The position numbers and the translations under genes are program-made. From a bacterium (lineage in GTDB: Bacteria; Patescibacteriota; CPR2; UBA1875; CAIMLA01), in NCBI GenBank assembly GCA_037129835.1, contig JBAXUE010000001.1, forward strand, positions 90,085 to 154,084: 64,000 nt of DNA, read 5' to 3'. Positions 45,805 through 56,727 of this stretch are shown here, piece by piece. Below the pieces are notes generated by a model. That model searched no databases. It was given only the letters and a program-made list of their open reading frames with translations, and was not told the DNA's origin. Each line of letters starts with the position of its first letter. The first letter of the stretch is position 1.

Positions 45805-46707
45805 ATGGCACAAGTTGGTGAGAAATTTGAACCGACCGGGAAAGATAAAGAGTTTTTTGACGACCTGGGTAGGCGTAGTGAGGAGCTTCTAAGCGATAAT
45901 GAAGAAGACTACCAGGCGCGGTATAATGAGCTAAAAAGAATTTATATAAAAAAACAGAGAGAAATAGACCACGATACAAATAGTAAGGAATTTAAAGTAG
46001 CTTTTCTAGGTGAAATGAATACAAGTGGCTATTTTCAAGAAATACTCACAGGCGAACCTATACCTGCGGAGGAGCGAGCAACACAGGATTTTCTAAGAGA
46101 AATGGGTATTGATGAAGCAGAATTACCTAAAGATGAAATAGAAGTATCATATAAAAAAGAAAAAATTGAAGTCCCAGAAGATATTGCCAAAGAAGACATC
46201 CAGGAATATTTGGACAGTTATGGAGATTTACGTTTTTTTTATCGTCAAATATTTGAAAAATACTTAGGAGAGACTGATAGCCCATCTTTTATGGCTGATT
46301 TACGGGAAGTAATGCCTAGTATCAGGATAGACGATGCTTATACAAGTCCCATAAAGACAAGGGCAACAGAGGATTTCTTCAAAGAGATTGGATACGAAGA
46401 CAAATCTCAACTAGAATTTGACGTATCAGACGAGGATAGGGTTTTTCTGGCTGAACTAAGCGGTAAAAGTCAGGAATTACTCAGAGATTATTCAGATTAC
46501 TACCACGATTCAATGTGGGAAGATTATAACGAATTGGCCCACATTTATAGTGGAAAAGAAGACAGCCCCGAATTTCAAAAAAAGGTCGAAGATCTATTGG
46601 AAAAATATAAGAAACAACTGGGAAAAGAAGATTTACAATTGTCAGAACGGAAAGCTATATTAGATTTCTTAAGAATATTTACTAGAGAAGAGCGTGAGAA
46701 CACTTAG
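45805..46707 (+). CDS. hypothetical acidic protein
   Basis: ORF track. Confidence 0.35.
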   Translation: MAQVGEKFEPTGKDKEFFDDLGRRSEELLSDNEEDYQARYNELKRIYIKKQREIDHDTNSKEFKVAFLGEMNTSGYFQEILTGEPIPAEERATQDFLREMGIDEAELPKDEIEVSYKKEKIEVPEDIAKEDIQEYLDSYGDLRFFYRQIFEKYLGETDSPSFMADLREVMPSIRIDDAYTSPIKTRATEDFFKEIGYEDKSQLEFDVSDEDRVFLAELSGKSQELLRDYSDYYHDSMWEDYNELAHIYSGKEDSPEFQKKVEDLLEKYKKQLGKEDLQLSERKAILDFLRIFTREERENT

Positions 46708-46737
46708 AAAATATTAAGTATTGTAATGATTAAATAT

Positions 46738-46785
46738 ATAAAAAGAGACTGATTATTTCCACAAATAATCAGTCTCTTTTTTGGC
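46738..46785. terminator. terminator AAAGAGACTGATTATTT-loop-AAATAATCAGTCTCTTT + TTTTGG
   Basis: 17-bp stem read directly; between convergent + genes and the minus-strand tRNA-Glu. Confidence 0.6.
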
Positions 46786-46811
46786 TCGCCAAGCGTAGCT
46801 TTAGCGAAGTT

Positions 46812-46886
46812 TGGTAGTCCCAAGGGGAGTCGAACCCCTGTTACCAGGATGAAAACCTGGCGTCCTAACCACTAGACGATGGGACC
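46812..46886 (-). tRNA. tRNA-Glu (anticodon UUC), CCA encoded
   Basis: Reverse complement GGTCCCATCGTCTAGTGGTTAGGACGCCAGGTTTTCATCCTGGTAACAGGGGTTCGACTCCCCTTGGGACTACCA. Confidence 0.75.
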
Positions 46887-47325
46887 GCTTTATATAATAA
46901 TCACAACAAAAGCTCGAATATTATAGCAGAAAAGACCCTGCCTGACAATAATTTGTCTCAGTTTGTGTCATATAAATATTAAGTAATATATGCACACTCA
47001 CTTCTTGTTATTAGGATCGGCGTTTATATAATTGTTATAAGATCGGGGAAGAGATTCGGGCTCGCGATCTGACCCATCAAATCTATTAATTGGTAGAGAG
47101 GTTCTAAAAGTGGGAAAATAGACTTCGGATATTCTTATAATTGAACAAAAACATCATAGGATATCAATAATAATTCTAACCTGATTTTTATATTAAAAGA
47201 AAAGCAATTAATAACTTTAATTTTTACATTTTTCAAGTTAGAATAATACTGTACACACTATATTAAATAATAAGCCCTTCGACTTCGAGAGTCGCTCAGG
47301 GCTGGGCTGTAGCCCAGGAGGCAAA

Positions 47326-48321
47326 ATGAAGCTCGCAATAAATGGTTTTGGACGTATCGGTCGCCAGGTATTTAAAATCCTTACCCAGGAATACCCTGAA
47401 GTTGAAATAGTGGCAGTAAACGACCTTACAGATGTCGCCACCCTTGCTACTTTGCTTAAATATGATTCGAACTATGGTGTTTGGGATGAAAAAATAACTC
47501 CAGAAGACAGCGATATCATGGTAGGAGGTCAAAAGGTAAAAGTATACTCTGAAAAAGACCCCTTAAATCTACCCTGGAAAGAGCTCGAGGTAGACGTTGT
47601 TTTAGAATGCACGGGTTTCTTTACTGATGGCGAAAAAGCAAAAGCACACATTACTGCTGGCGCAAAAAAAGTTTTGATTTCTGCACCTGCAAAAAATCAC
47701 GATATTACTTTGGTTCTTGGCGTTAATGAAGAAAAATATGATAAAGAAAAGCACCATATTGTTTCAAATGCATCTTGTACTACGAACGGCCTGGCACCTA
47801 TCGTGAAAGTACTTGTCGACAACTTCGGTTTGGAAAAGGGTTTCCTAACCACTATTCACTCCTATACCAACGACCAAAGAATATTAGACGCACCACATGA
47901 AGACTTACGAAGAGCAAGAAATGCTGCTACGAATATTATCCCCACATCAACAGGAGCTGCGAAGGCTCTCAAAGAGGTTATCCCAGAAGTTGAAGGCATA
48001 ATTGATGGAGTTGCCGTTCGAGTACCAACACCAACAGTATCGATGAATGATCTTACGGTTGAGCTTACAAAAAGCACAACACCCGAAGAGATAAAAGAAA
48101 AAATGCTCGAAGCTGCTAGGGGTAGGATGAAGGGCCAGCTTTGGGTTTCCATGGATCCAACAGTTTCTATGGACTGGAGAGGAAGTCGTTACTCGTCAAT
48201 TTATGATGGATTACTTACTAAGAATATCGGCGGTAATTTCTTTAAAATTATGGGTTGGTACGATAATGAATGGGGTTATAGCTGCAGACTTGCAGATATG
48301 GCAGTATATATTAGTAAATAA
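47326..48321 (+). CDS. gap: glyceraldehyde-3-phosphate dehydrogenase
   Basis: NGFGRIGR, ASCTTN active-site Cys motif. Confidence 0.9.
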   Translation: MKLAINGFGRIGRQVFKILTQEYPEVEIVAVNDLTDVATLATLLKYDSNYGVWDEKITPEDSDIMVGGQKVKVYSEKDPLNLPWKELEVDVVLECTGFFTDGEKAKAHITAGAKKVLISAPAKNHDITLVLGVNEEKYDKEKHHIVSNASCTTNGLAPIVKVLVDNFGLEKGFLTTIHSYTNDQRILDAPHEDLRRARNAATNIIPTSTGAAKALKEVIPEVEGIIDGVAVRVPTPTVSMNDLTVELTKSTTPEEIKEKMLEAARGRMKGQLWVSMDPTVSMDWRGSRYSSIYDGLLTKNIGGNFFKIMGWYDNEWGYSCRLADMAVYISK

Positions 48322-48372
48322 TCTATCAGATGCATCATCCTGATAAATAAAGTGATGATATGCGGGAGGAAA

Positions 48373-49557
48373 ATGAATAAAATAGAAGATATCACAGATT
48401 TAGCTGACAAGAAAGTACTTGTTCGAGTCGATTATAATGTTCCGGTAAAAAAAGGTAAAGTTACAAACAATGAGCGTGTTATTGCTAGCCTTGAAACTAT
48501 TAATTTTCTTATAGAAAAAGGAGCAGGCGTAGTTCTTTGTTCTCATTTGGGTCGCCCTGATGGGCAAAAAAAAATAGAATTCAGTCTAAAGCCCTTAGCA
48601 AAAGAGTTAGAGTCTTTAATAAAGACAAGGGTTAAGTTTGTTGATGATTGCATTGGTTTAGATAAAGATAAAGCTGTTATGGGCCTTAAGCCTGGAGAGG
48701 TTTTGTTGCTTGAAAATGTTCGATTTTATCCTGAAGAAGAAACAAATGATGCGCTTTTTGCGCAGAAATTATCGAGAGGATGCGACATTTATATTGATGA
48801 TGCATTTTCTTCGTCACATAGGGCGCATGCATCGGTTGTGGGTGTTTCAGAATATTTGCCTAGTTATGCAGGATTTTGTATGGAAAAAGAGATTGATAAT
48901 CTCTCCAAACTACTCGGCAATACTGCCAAGCCTTTTGTATTTATTTCTGGTGGCGCAAAAATATCAGACAAAATCGGCATTTTAGAAAACTTATTGGGCA
49001 AAGTAGACACCATGCTTATAGGTGGAGGAATGGCGAACACATTTCTTTCTGGGCAACAGGTTGAAGTAGGTTGTTCTCTATATGAAGAAGATTTTGTAAA
49101 AAAATCACAAGAAATTATAACCCTCGGACAGCAAAAAGGCATTAAAATTATATTGCCAATCGATGTTGTTATAACTAGAGATATCACAGAAAATGCAAAG
49201 GGGCTAAATGTTCCGATTGACGAAGTGGGGGAACTTGATATTATCGCAGATATAGGCTTTGACACGATTAGTCTATTCGAAAAGGAAATAGCTAAGGCGG
49301 GGACAGTTTTCTGGAATGGTCCTTTGGGTGTCGCAGAATTTCCTGAATTCGCGAAAGGCACTGTTTTGATAGGAAAGGCAATAGCCAGAAATGAGAGTGT
49401 TTTTAGTGTTATAGGTGGCGGCGATACAATTGCAGCTATCTCTGAAGAAGTAAAAGACAACTACAGTTTTGTTTCCATGGCAGGAGGGGCATCAATGGAA
49501 TTTCTTGAGGGCAAGGAATTGCCAGGAATTAAGGCACTCGAGTATAAGGTCGTTTAG
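48373..49557 (+). CDS. pgk: phosphoglycerate kinase
   Basis: VRVDYNVP, hinge and ATP motifs; start at ATG 48373 with RBS GGGAGGAAA. Confidence 0.9.
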   Translation: MNKIEDITDLADKKVLVRVDYNVPVKKGKVTNNERVIASLETINFLIEKGAGVVLCSHLGRPDGQKKIEFSLKPLAKELESLIKTRVKFVDDCIGLDKDKAVMGLKPGEVLLLENVRFYPEEETNDALFAQKLSRGCDIYIDDAFSSSHRAHASVVGVSEYLPSYAGFCMEKEIDNLSKLLGNTAKPFVFISGGAKISDKIGILENLLGKVDTMLIGGGMANTFLSGQQVEVGCSLYEEDFVKKSQEIITLGQQKGIKIILPIDVVITRDITENAKGLNVPIDEVGELDIIADIGFDTISLFEKEIAKAGTVFWNGPLGVAEFPEFAKGTVLIGKAIARNESVFSVIGGGDTIAAISEEVKDNYSFVSMAGGASMEFLEGKELPGIKALEYKVV

Positions 49558-49604
49558 TGGTACAATTATGGCAAGCTGATTGAAGCATTTCTAGGAGGGG
49601 GATA

Positions 49605-51356
49605 TTGGGTAATAAAGATAATACAATTAAAAAAAATGTGGTAGAACCAAGCGTTGGAGATAATGCTGTTCCTGTGGTTAATGTTGATCCAGAAAAAGTA
49701 GCAGGACCTAGCGATGACGTTACCTCTTCTGAAGTGACGGCGGAAATACCAACTTCGCTCGATTCTGCTAACTCAGAGGGGGCAATTCCTTTAGGTTTGC
49801 CAACTGAACAGCCCTCTGTAGTATCAGACGTTCCGCAAGAAAATTCCGAGTCTGCGGTCACAGAATATTCAGCTGAAGCTCCTCGGGAACTACCAAACAC
49901 CGAGCAAACAATTCCGGAAAGTGTGCCTCTAGTTTCTGAAGATATACCCGAGGCGCCTTTGTATCAAGAACAGTCACCATTTTTATCAGAGCAATCGGAT
50001 GTTAATCCAATTATTCAGCAACCGATATCCCCAACAACAGGACAGATATCTGCTTTGCCACCGGATGTCGGCGGTATTAAGGGTTTTGATCCTGCTAACA
50101 AATATAATAAGAGGTTTGTATACATTATCTTCGGGAGCGTTGTTGGCCTACTAGTCCTCATTTTATTAGGCTTCCTAGGTTATAATTTTTATATTTCAAG
50201 TTCAAATGAGCGCATTCTGGGTTTGGCCGCTAAGAATATAATTAACAGTAAGAATATAGAAGTAGATTTCAGTGTAGGTGTAGATAGCTTCTCATTAAAC
50301 GGCAAATTATATGTTGATAAAACTCAGAACCTTAAGTTTCTAGTTTCTGTAAGTGGATTTTCATTAGAGGCTCTATATCTGAAAGAGAAAGACATCGTTT
50401 ATTTAAAAGAACTGGACTTGTTTGGTTCGGGCACAAGCACAGAAAGTAAAGCTGCTTATTATGAGGGCAAAAATGTTGAAAAGGCAATAAATAAATATAG
50501 CACAAAGGATTTGGGGTTAGATTCTCTTAATCCAACAAAAGACTATTTTTCGTCGGAAAATATGAAACATTTTAAACGAGAAGACGATGAAAAGAGAGAT
50601 GGTATTGACCTATATAAATACAGCTTTGTTGCAAATGAGGCAGATATTAAAAAAGCTACCGATCAAGCAAATACAAAAATAGCAGAATATTCTCCAGATA
50701 TTAAGGTTAAGCATGTTAAAAACACTACAACACTTTTGATCAAAAAATCAGATTTTACTCTTTATCGAGTCGATGGTAATACCGAAATAAGCTATTCTCA
50801 AAAAATGCCGGATACATCGAAATGTTTGTCCTTATCATATGAAGAACAGACCACATGTGCAGATAAGGCCCCAACAAAAGAACAAACACAGAAATATGTG
50901 TTCAAATGGGCTTTGGATATAAAGGGTGGTTATAAAGACACCATCGCACTTCCAAAAGGTTCGACGATTTCTCAGTCCGTTGATTTGTCAACATATGAAG
51001 ATGATATAAAGAAAACTACGAATGATAGCGAAAGAAAATCGAATTCTTGGTCTATAGAAACTGCCCTCGAAACGTATTATATAGACAATAAGAGCTATCC
51101 AACGAAATTAGCTTTATTAGTACCGGATTACCTGAAGTCTTTGCCGAAAAATCCAGGTGATACCAAATTCTTATATGTAGCGAAAGACAATGGCTACACG
51201 CTGTCGGTTAAACTTGAAAATCCAGATAAAAATGACTCTAATGTAAAGAATGGATCGTATATAGTAACTAAAACTGCAGATCAAATAAATGTTTTCGATA
51301 TGCCAGTGCCCACCGAAGTAAATAATGTTGATTTGCCAGTGTCACTTTTAGAATAA
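49605..51356 (+). CDS. membrane protein with Ser/Pro-rich N-region, central TM and C-terminal pseudopilin (GspG/ComGC-like) domain
   Basis: C-terminal SWSIETALETYYIDNKSYPTKLALLVPDYLKSLPKNPGD resembles T2SS GspG globular domain; TTG start with SD GGAGGGGG. Confidence 0.45.
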   Translation: MGNKDNTIKKNVVEPSVGDNAVPVVNVDPEKVAGPSDDVTSSEVTAEIPTSLDSANSEGAIPLGLPTEQPSVVSDVPQENSESAVTEYSAEAPRELPNTEQTIPESVPLVSEDIPEAPLYQEQSPFLSEQSDVNPIIQQPISPTTGQISALPPDVGGIKGFDPANKYNKRFVYIIFGSVVGLLVLILLGFLGYNFYISSSNERILGLAAKNIINSKNIEVDFSVGVDSFSLNGKLYVDKTQNLKFLVSVSGFSLEALYLKEKDIVYLKELDLFGSGTSTESKAAYYEGKNVEKAINKYSTKDLGLDSLNPTKDYFSSENMKHFKREDDEKRDGIDLYKYSFVANEADIKKATDQANTKIAEYSPDIKVKHVKNTTTLLIKKSDFTLYRVDGNTEISYSQKMPDTSKCLSLSYEEQTTCADKAPTKEQTQKYVFKWALDIKGGYKDTIALPKGSTISQSVDLSTYEDDIKKTTNDSERKSNSWSIETALETYYIDNKSYPTKLALLVPDYLKSLPKNPGDTKFLYVAKDNGYTLSVKLENPDKNDSNVKNGSYIVTKTADQINVFDMPVPTEVNNVDLPVSLLE

Positions 51357-51357
51357 T

Positions 51358-52155
51358 ATGGATAATACTAACATGAACAAGAAAATAGTAATTGGTAATT
51401 GGAAAATGAACCTAACGGTACCGGAAAGCACTATTTTAATTGAAAAATTAATCAAGGGCTTGAGAAGTGTCTCGGATACGGAAGTAGTAATTTGCCCAAC
51501 TTTTTTGGATATATATTCAGCTTCAAAGGAGCTAAACAACACCAATATTTCACTTGGGGCACAAAACATATTTTTTGAGGATGAGGGTGCCTACACGGGG
51601 GAGGTGTCACCTGTTCATTTGGCGCATTTTGTGAAGTATTGTATCATTGGCCATTCTGAACGTCGTGTTAATTTCGGGGAAACTGACAAAATGGTGGCGA
51701 AAAAAGTAGCCTCTGCCGTTGCCCACGGGATAACTCCAATAATCTGTATAGGTGATACTTTACACGAAAAACGAGATGGACTTAGTCGAGTCGTGGTGAT
51801 GAGCCAGTTGGAAACCTCTCTTTCATATTTAACAGAAAAGGAAGTGGCTGAAGTTATAATTGCTTATGAGCCAGTGTGGGCCATTAGCACCAGCGGCGGC
51901 ATGGTATGTGAACCTTCGGACGCTGAACAAATGGCTAAAAACATTAGATCTCTTGTAAGTGCACTGTATGGCAAGCAGGCAGCCACAAAGCTACGTGTTT
52001 TATACGGAGGCAGTGTTAACGACTCTAATGTAGATGGTTATGCTAAAATAAAAAATATGGACGGAGCCCTAGTTGGAGCTGCCAGTCTCGATTATAACAA
52101 GTTCGTGAACATTGTTATAATGTATGATAAGTTGAGAAAGGTACAAAAAATATGA
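51358..52155 (+). CDS. tpiA: triosephosphate isomerase
   Basis: NWKMN, GHSERR, YEPVWAI. Confidence 0.9.
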   Translation: MDNTNMNKKIVIGNWKMNLTVPESTILIEKLIKGLRSVSDTEVVICPTFLDIYSASKELNNTNISLGAQNIFFEDEGAYTGEVSPVHLAHFVKYCIIGHSERRVNFGETDKMVAKKVASAVAHGITPIICIGDTLHEKRDGLSRVVVMSQLETSLSYLTEKEVAEVIIAYEPVWAISTSGGMVCEPSDAEQMAKNIRSLVSALYGKQAATKLRVLYGGSVNDSNVDGYAKIKNMDGALVGAASLDYNKFVNIVIMYDKLRKVQKI

Positions 52156-53006
52156 TTTTTACTACTAAAGAGCTATTTATTAGAGCAGCTATAGGTAATT
52201 ATGCAATCGGTGCATTTAATGTTTCAACACCTGAGGCTATAAGAGGTGTTTTAGAAGCTGCTGAAGAGCTTAATTCACCAGTGATTATAGAAACTAGTGA
52301 AGGCGAGATGGGCTATATGGGGTCAAAGGTGGTGGCGGATATTGTTAGGGGATTAGCTACAGACTTGAGTATACCTGTTGCCTTGCATTTAGACCATGGA
52401 CAAAGTTTAGACTCTGTTAAAAAGGCTATTGGAGCCGGTTATACATCTGTCCATATTGATGGATCAGCGTTAGAATATGATGAAAACGTTGCATTAACAA
52501 AGCAGGTTATGGAATATGCACACGATAGAGGAGTGACTGTAGAAGGTGAGCTCGGGCATATAGGCGGAGTAAGTGAGATACATACAGAAAGTTCTAAAAT
52601 AGAACCAAGTACTTATACTGATCCTGAAATGGCAAAGTTTTTCGTTGAGGAAACTGGAATAGACGTTTTAGCCTCATCTATAGGGAACGTTCATGGTATT
52701 TATAAGAATGAGCCAGAATTAGACTTTGATCGACTCAAAAAAATTGGGAAAATCGGTGTACCTCTTTCTTTTCATGGGGGTTCGGGAATTTCCGAAGTAA
52801 ATATCAAGAAAGCAATTTCATTAGGCGTCACTAAGGTTAATGTAAATACTGAGCTTAGGGTTGCCTATACAGAGACACTGAGAAGAGAATTAATCGCAGA
52901 CACAGAAGTAGAAATTCCATATAAATATTTGCCCAAAACTATTGCAGCTGTTAAAAAAGTAGTCAAAGAGAAAATAAAAATTTTTGGTAGTGAAAATAAG
53001 GCATAG
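52152..53006 (+). CDS. fba: class II fructose-bisphosphate aldolase
   Basis: HLDHG zinc-binding motif, GVTKVN C-terminal motif. Confidence 0.85.
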   Translation: MIFTTKELFIRAAIGNYAIGAFNVSTPEAIRGVLEAAEELNSPVIIETSEGEMGYMGSKVVADIVRGLATDLSIPVALHLDHGQSLDSVKKAIGAGYTSVHIDGSALEYDENVALTKQVMEYAHDRGVTVEGELGHIGGVSEIHTESSKIEPSTYTDPEMAKFFVEETGIDVLASSIGNVHGIYKNEPELDFDRLKKIGKIGVPLSFHGGSGISEVNIKKAISLGVTKVNVNTELRVAYTETLRRELIADTEVEIPYKYLPKTIAAVKKVVKEKIKIFGSENKA

Positions 53007-53075
53007 TAATACTGTATTTGTTATATAATGTTAAGAAAATTTGATAAATAAACATAGATAAAGGAGGGATAATAA

Positions 53076-55460
53076 ATGTCTAAAAATATAGTTTGGTTTA
53101 AAGAAGTTGGAAAAGACGACGGTGCGACTGTTGGTGGTAAGGGTGCTAATCTAGGAGAGTTAACGTCGGTTGGTTTGCCCGTTCCTCCTGGATATATTAT
53201 TACTGCAGACGCTTATTTTGATTATATTAAATCTACTGGTCTTGAACAAAGTATTAGTTCAGTTATTGAGGGTTTCGACAAAGAAGACACAAAAGATTTA
53301 CAAGAAAGAGCAGAAAAATCCAAAAAGTTAATTTTAGAAACGCCACTTCCAGATTCTTTAAAACAAGAAATCCTAGAGGGCTATCATAAGTTAGCCGAAG
53401 AAAGCGGCACTTTGCTAGAAGAGTTATATGTTGCAGTCCGCTCAAGTGCAACTGCAGAAGATTTGGCAGGCGCTTCTTTTGCTGGACAGCAGGCCACATA
53501 TTTAAATGTTATTGGCGATGACGATTTGCTAGTAGCTGTCCTTAAATGTTGGGCTTCTTTATTTGAGGCAAGGGCTATTTATTATCGAGCCGAGCAAGGA
53601 TTCGGACAACTTGAAGTTGGCATAGCTGTCCCTGTGCAAAAAATGGTTAATTCTGAAGCTGCTGGGGTAATGTTTACAATTGATCCATCAAATAATGACC
53701 TTGACCATATTTCTATAGAAGCAGCTTATGGTCTTGGTGAAGTCGTTGTTCTTGGCGCTGTTACCCCTGATAGATATTTGGTAGACAAAAAGACCCTAGA
53801 GATAAGTTCAAAAGAAATTTTCAAACAAGAGTGGAAGCTTACTAGAGATTCTGGTTCTGGTGATACTGGGGATTTGTCTGTGCTAAAGAGCGAAAGCATT
53901 CCTGTTCCAGTAGAGCTACAAGACGTGCAAAAAATTACGGATGAACAAATATTGGAGCTCGCTAAGTTAGCTCTTAAAATTGAAGAACATTATGGTAAGC
54001 CACAAGATACTGAGTGGGCGCTTGAGGAAGGAAAGATGTACATGGTACAAAGCAGACCAGTTACAACCCTTGGAGACTCAACTAAAGATGATAGTAAAGC
54101 CGTAAAGCCGGATGAAGGCAAACATGAAATAATCATGAAAGGCCAAGCGGCTAGTACTGGTATGGCATCAGGCCCAGTAAAGATAATTCATAGTCCTACC
54201 GAAATCGATTTAATTAAAGAAGGTGATGTCTTAGTAACAGAAATGACAACACCAGACTTTGTTCCAGCAATGAAGAGAGCGGCGGGTATTGTGACTGATG
54301 CTGGCGGGCGTACTTGTCATGCAGCGATAGTTTCGCGCGAACTCGGCATACCTTGTGTTGTTGGTACGGGCGAAGCAACAACAAAATTAAAAGACGGACA
54401 GATTGTTACAGTCGATGGCAAGGGCGGAAATGTATATGACGGTAAGATAGAGGTAAAACAACCCGAAATTGCCACTGGGACAGTCGTAGCAGGCCAGACA
54501 GCGCCAATAACCGCGACTAAGATATATGTTAACCTAGCAGAACCTTCACTCGCCGAAAAAGTCGCTGCAATGGATGTTGATGGTGTTGGCCTACTTAGAG
54601 CTGAATTTATTATTATGGAATCTATTGCCGAACACCCTAAAAAAATGATAAAAGAGGGCAGACAAGAAGAATATGTCACTAAACTGGCTGAGGGAATGGA
54701 GACATTTGCAAAAGCCTTTCATCCTAGAAATGTTGTTTACCGTGCAACAGATTTCAAGACAAACGAATATCGTGGACTTAAAGGTGGTGAAGAGTTTGAA
54801 CCAAATGAAGAAAATCCAATGATTGGTTACCGTGGTTGTTTCCGTTATCTTAAGGATCCAGAGGAATTTGGCCTTGAGCTTGAGGCGATTAAGCGTGTTC
54901 GTAAAAATTATAACAACCTACAGCTCATGATACCGTTTGTTAGACGAACTGACGAATTTGCAAAAGTAAAAGCAATAGTAGAAGGAAGTGGTCTTAATAA
55001 GGAACTAGATCCAGACTTTAAGCTTTGGATTATGGTAGAGGTGCCAAGTGCGGTGATTGAAATTGATAAATACTGCGAAATGGGTATCGACGGTGTTTCT
55101 ATAGGCTCAAATGATTTGACTCAGCTAACTCTTGGTCTCGATCGTGATTCCAGCGTAGTAGCTGAAGAATTCGACGAAAGATATCCAGCCGTACAATGGA
55201 TGATTAAACATACTGTTGAGACATGCGCAAAATATGGGGTTACTTGTTCAATATGCGGCCAGGCCCCAAGTGTTTATCCTGAGGTTGCACAGCAAATGGT
55301 TGAATATGGTGCTACGTCTATTTCAGTAAACCCAGATATGATTGATAGTACTCGTAAACTTGTTGCTGCCGTTGAAGAAAAGATTGTTTTGTCAGAAATT
55401 GTAAATATGAAAAACGAAATAAAAGATTTAGAGAGCAGACTTAGTTCTGATGGGAGCTAG
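53076..55460 (+). CDS. ppsA: phosphoenolpyruvate synthase (PEP-utilising enzyme, 794 aa)
   Basis: N-terminal ATP-grasp GGKGANLGEL, phosphohistidine GGRTCHAAIVSRELGIPCVVG, C-terminal PEP/pyruvate domain. Confidence 0.85.
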   Translation: MSKNIVWFKEVGKDDGATVGGKGANLGELTSVGLPVPPGYIITADAYFDYIKSTGLEQSISSVIEGFDKEDTKDLQERAEKSKKLILETPLPDSLKQEILEGYHKLAEESGTLLEELYVAVRSSATAEDLAGASFAGQQATYLNVIGDDDLLVAVLKCWASLFEARAIYYRAEQGFGQLEVGIAVPVQKMVNSEAAGVMFTIDPSNNDLDHISIEAAYGLGEVVVLGAVTPDRYLVDKKTLEISSKEIFKQEWKLTRDSGSGDTGDLSVLKSESIPVPVELQDVQKITDEQILELAKLALKIEEHYGKPQDTEWALEEGKMYMVQSRPVTTLGDSTKDDSKAVKPDEGKHEIIMKGQAASTGMASGPVKIIHSPTEIDLIKEGDVLVTEMTTPDFVPAMKRAAGIVTDAGGRTCHAAIVSRELGIPCVVGTGEATTKLKDGQIVTVDGKGGNVYDGKIEVKQPEIATGTVVAGQTAPITATKIYVNLAEPSLAEKVAAMDVDGVGLLRAEFIIMESIAEHPKKMIKEGRQEEYVTKLAEGMETFAKAFHPRNVVYRATDFKTNEYRGLKGGEEFEPNEENPMIGYRGCFRYLKDPEEFGLELEAIKRVRKNYNNLQLMIPFVRRTDEFAKVKAIVEGSGLNKELDPDFKLWIMVEVPSAVIEIDKYCEMGIDGVSIGSNDLTQLTLGLDRDSSVVAEEFDERYPAVQWMIKHTVETCAKYGVTCSICGQAPSVYPEVAQQMVEYGATSISVNPDMIDSTRKLVAAVEEKIVLSEIVNMKNEIKDLESRLSSDGS

Positions 55461-55470
55461 ATAAAGTATA

Positions 55471-56661
55471 ATGTTATGTCCAAACTGTAAAACCGAATTA
55501 GTTGAGGTAAATGGTCGATATATTTGCTCTGAGTGCGGTAAGGAAGTGCCATTAAATGAAGTGAGCGTTGGTACCTGGGATGAATCAGGTGAAAAACTCA
55601 AGATTCATCCTGCCCCAGGTTCTGAAAATGTTTCTAGTACCAGCAATCCAATGGAAGAATCAACAGATTATATCGAAGATGATGTATCGTCTATAGACAA
55701 CAAGGATGGAAAATCAAAGAAAAACAAGGAGAAGGTGATTAGCCCAAAACCTTCTTCGGGTGGAGCAAAGTGGACCCCAAAGGTTATTGAACCAGTAAAG
55801 ACTGTAGATTCATTTGAGGATATTGATAAACAAGTATTCGGTAAAAATGCCCCACAGAAACCGGCAGATAACCCAGAGATACCTCAAGCTTTTGAACGCG
55901 GGGCGCTCGAAGTAGAGAGTGCTGGAAACATTGATTTAAATAATACCGGAGTTGATGTAACTCTTGACTCTGACATATACAAAGACCCAATATTTGAAGA
56001 ATCTACACTCCAGGAATCTACTACAAACCGTCAGGATAATTCAATCAGATCTAAAATACAAAGAACTTTTAAAAATGATTCTGAGATAGAATCAAAGATT
56101 AATATAATTATCATAGCAGTGGGCACGGTTTTTTTATTTACTTTTATAATAGTTGGAATAATTTCAATTGTTTCATTGAGCAGAAAGGCAGTAGTTCCCT
56201 TAACAAACGGGAATAACTTAAACGATATTGTTGTCAACTGCGGTGACGCAGATACACAAGAAGATAAGGCTCTTTGTATTGAACAAAGATATAGCGTCTG
56301 CAAACCCGCCAAATGGTTTGGGGTGTTCCCTGCTATACCAGATACAGAAGCTGCCTATCAGATTATGGGAATATCGGATGATCTTTGCCAAGTCTCTATC
56401 ACAATGGAAAAATATGTGGATAAGCCTGAGATTGAGAACGAAGTAATGTCATGCCAGCTAGATTTTAGCCAAGAATTTGTAAAAGCAGAATTATTACTTT
56501 CAGAAAAAAACTGTAGTGGCACGCTCGCTAACCTTCTTTATGGGTCACAGTTGAAAACCCCTAGCGTTACCCCAACCACAAGCATTACACCATCACCTAG
56601 CGTTACCCCAACTTCAAGTGTTACCCCAAAACCTAGTGTTACTCCAAAACCTGCAATCTAG
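55471..56661 (+). CDS. zinc-ribbon (CPNC...CSEC) membrane protein with Thr/Pro/Ser-rich C-terminal tail
   Basis: N-terminal C4 ribbon, single TM, C-terminal PSVTPT repeats. Confidence 0.45.
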   Translation: MLCPNCKTELVEVNGRYICSECGKEVPLNEVSVGTWDESGEKLKIHPAPGSENVSSTSNPMEESTDYIEDDVSSIDNKDGKSKKNKEKVISPKPSSGGAKWTPKVIEPVKTVDSFEDIDKQVFGKNAPQKPADNPEIPQAFERGALEVESAGNIDLNNTGVDVTLDSDIYKDPIFEESTLQESTTNRQDNSIRSKIQRTFKNDSEIESKINIIIIAVGTVFLFTFIIVGIISIVSLSRKAVVPLTNGNNLNDIVVNCGDADTQEDKALCIEQRYSVCKPAKWFGVFPAIPDTEAAYQIMGISDDLCQVSITMEKYVDKPEIENEVMSCQLDFSQEFVKAELLLSEKNCSGTLANLLYGSQLKTPSVTPTTSITPSPSVTPTSSVTPKPSVTPKPAI

Positions 56662-56727
56662 ATAAGTCCAGAATCATTCTGGGGGCAGAGTCTAGTAATT
56701 AATAGATTAATCGGTAATAATATATTT

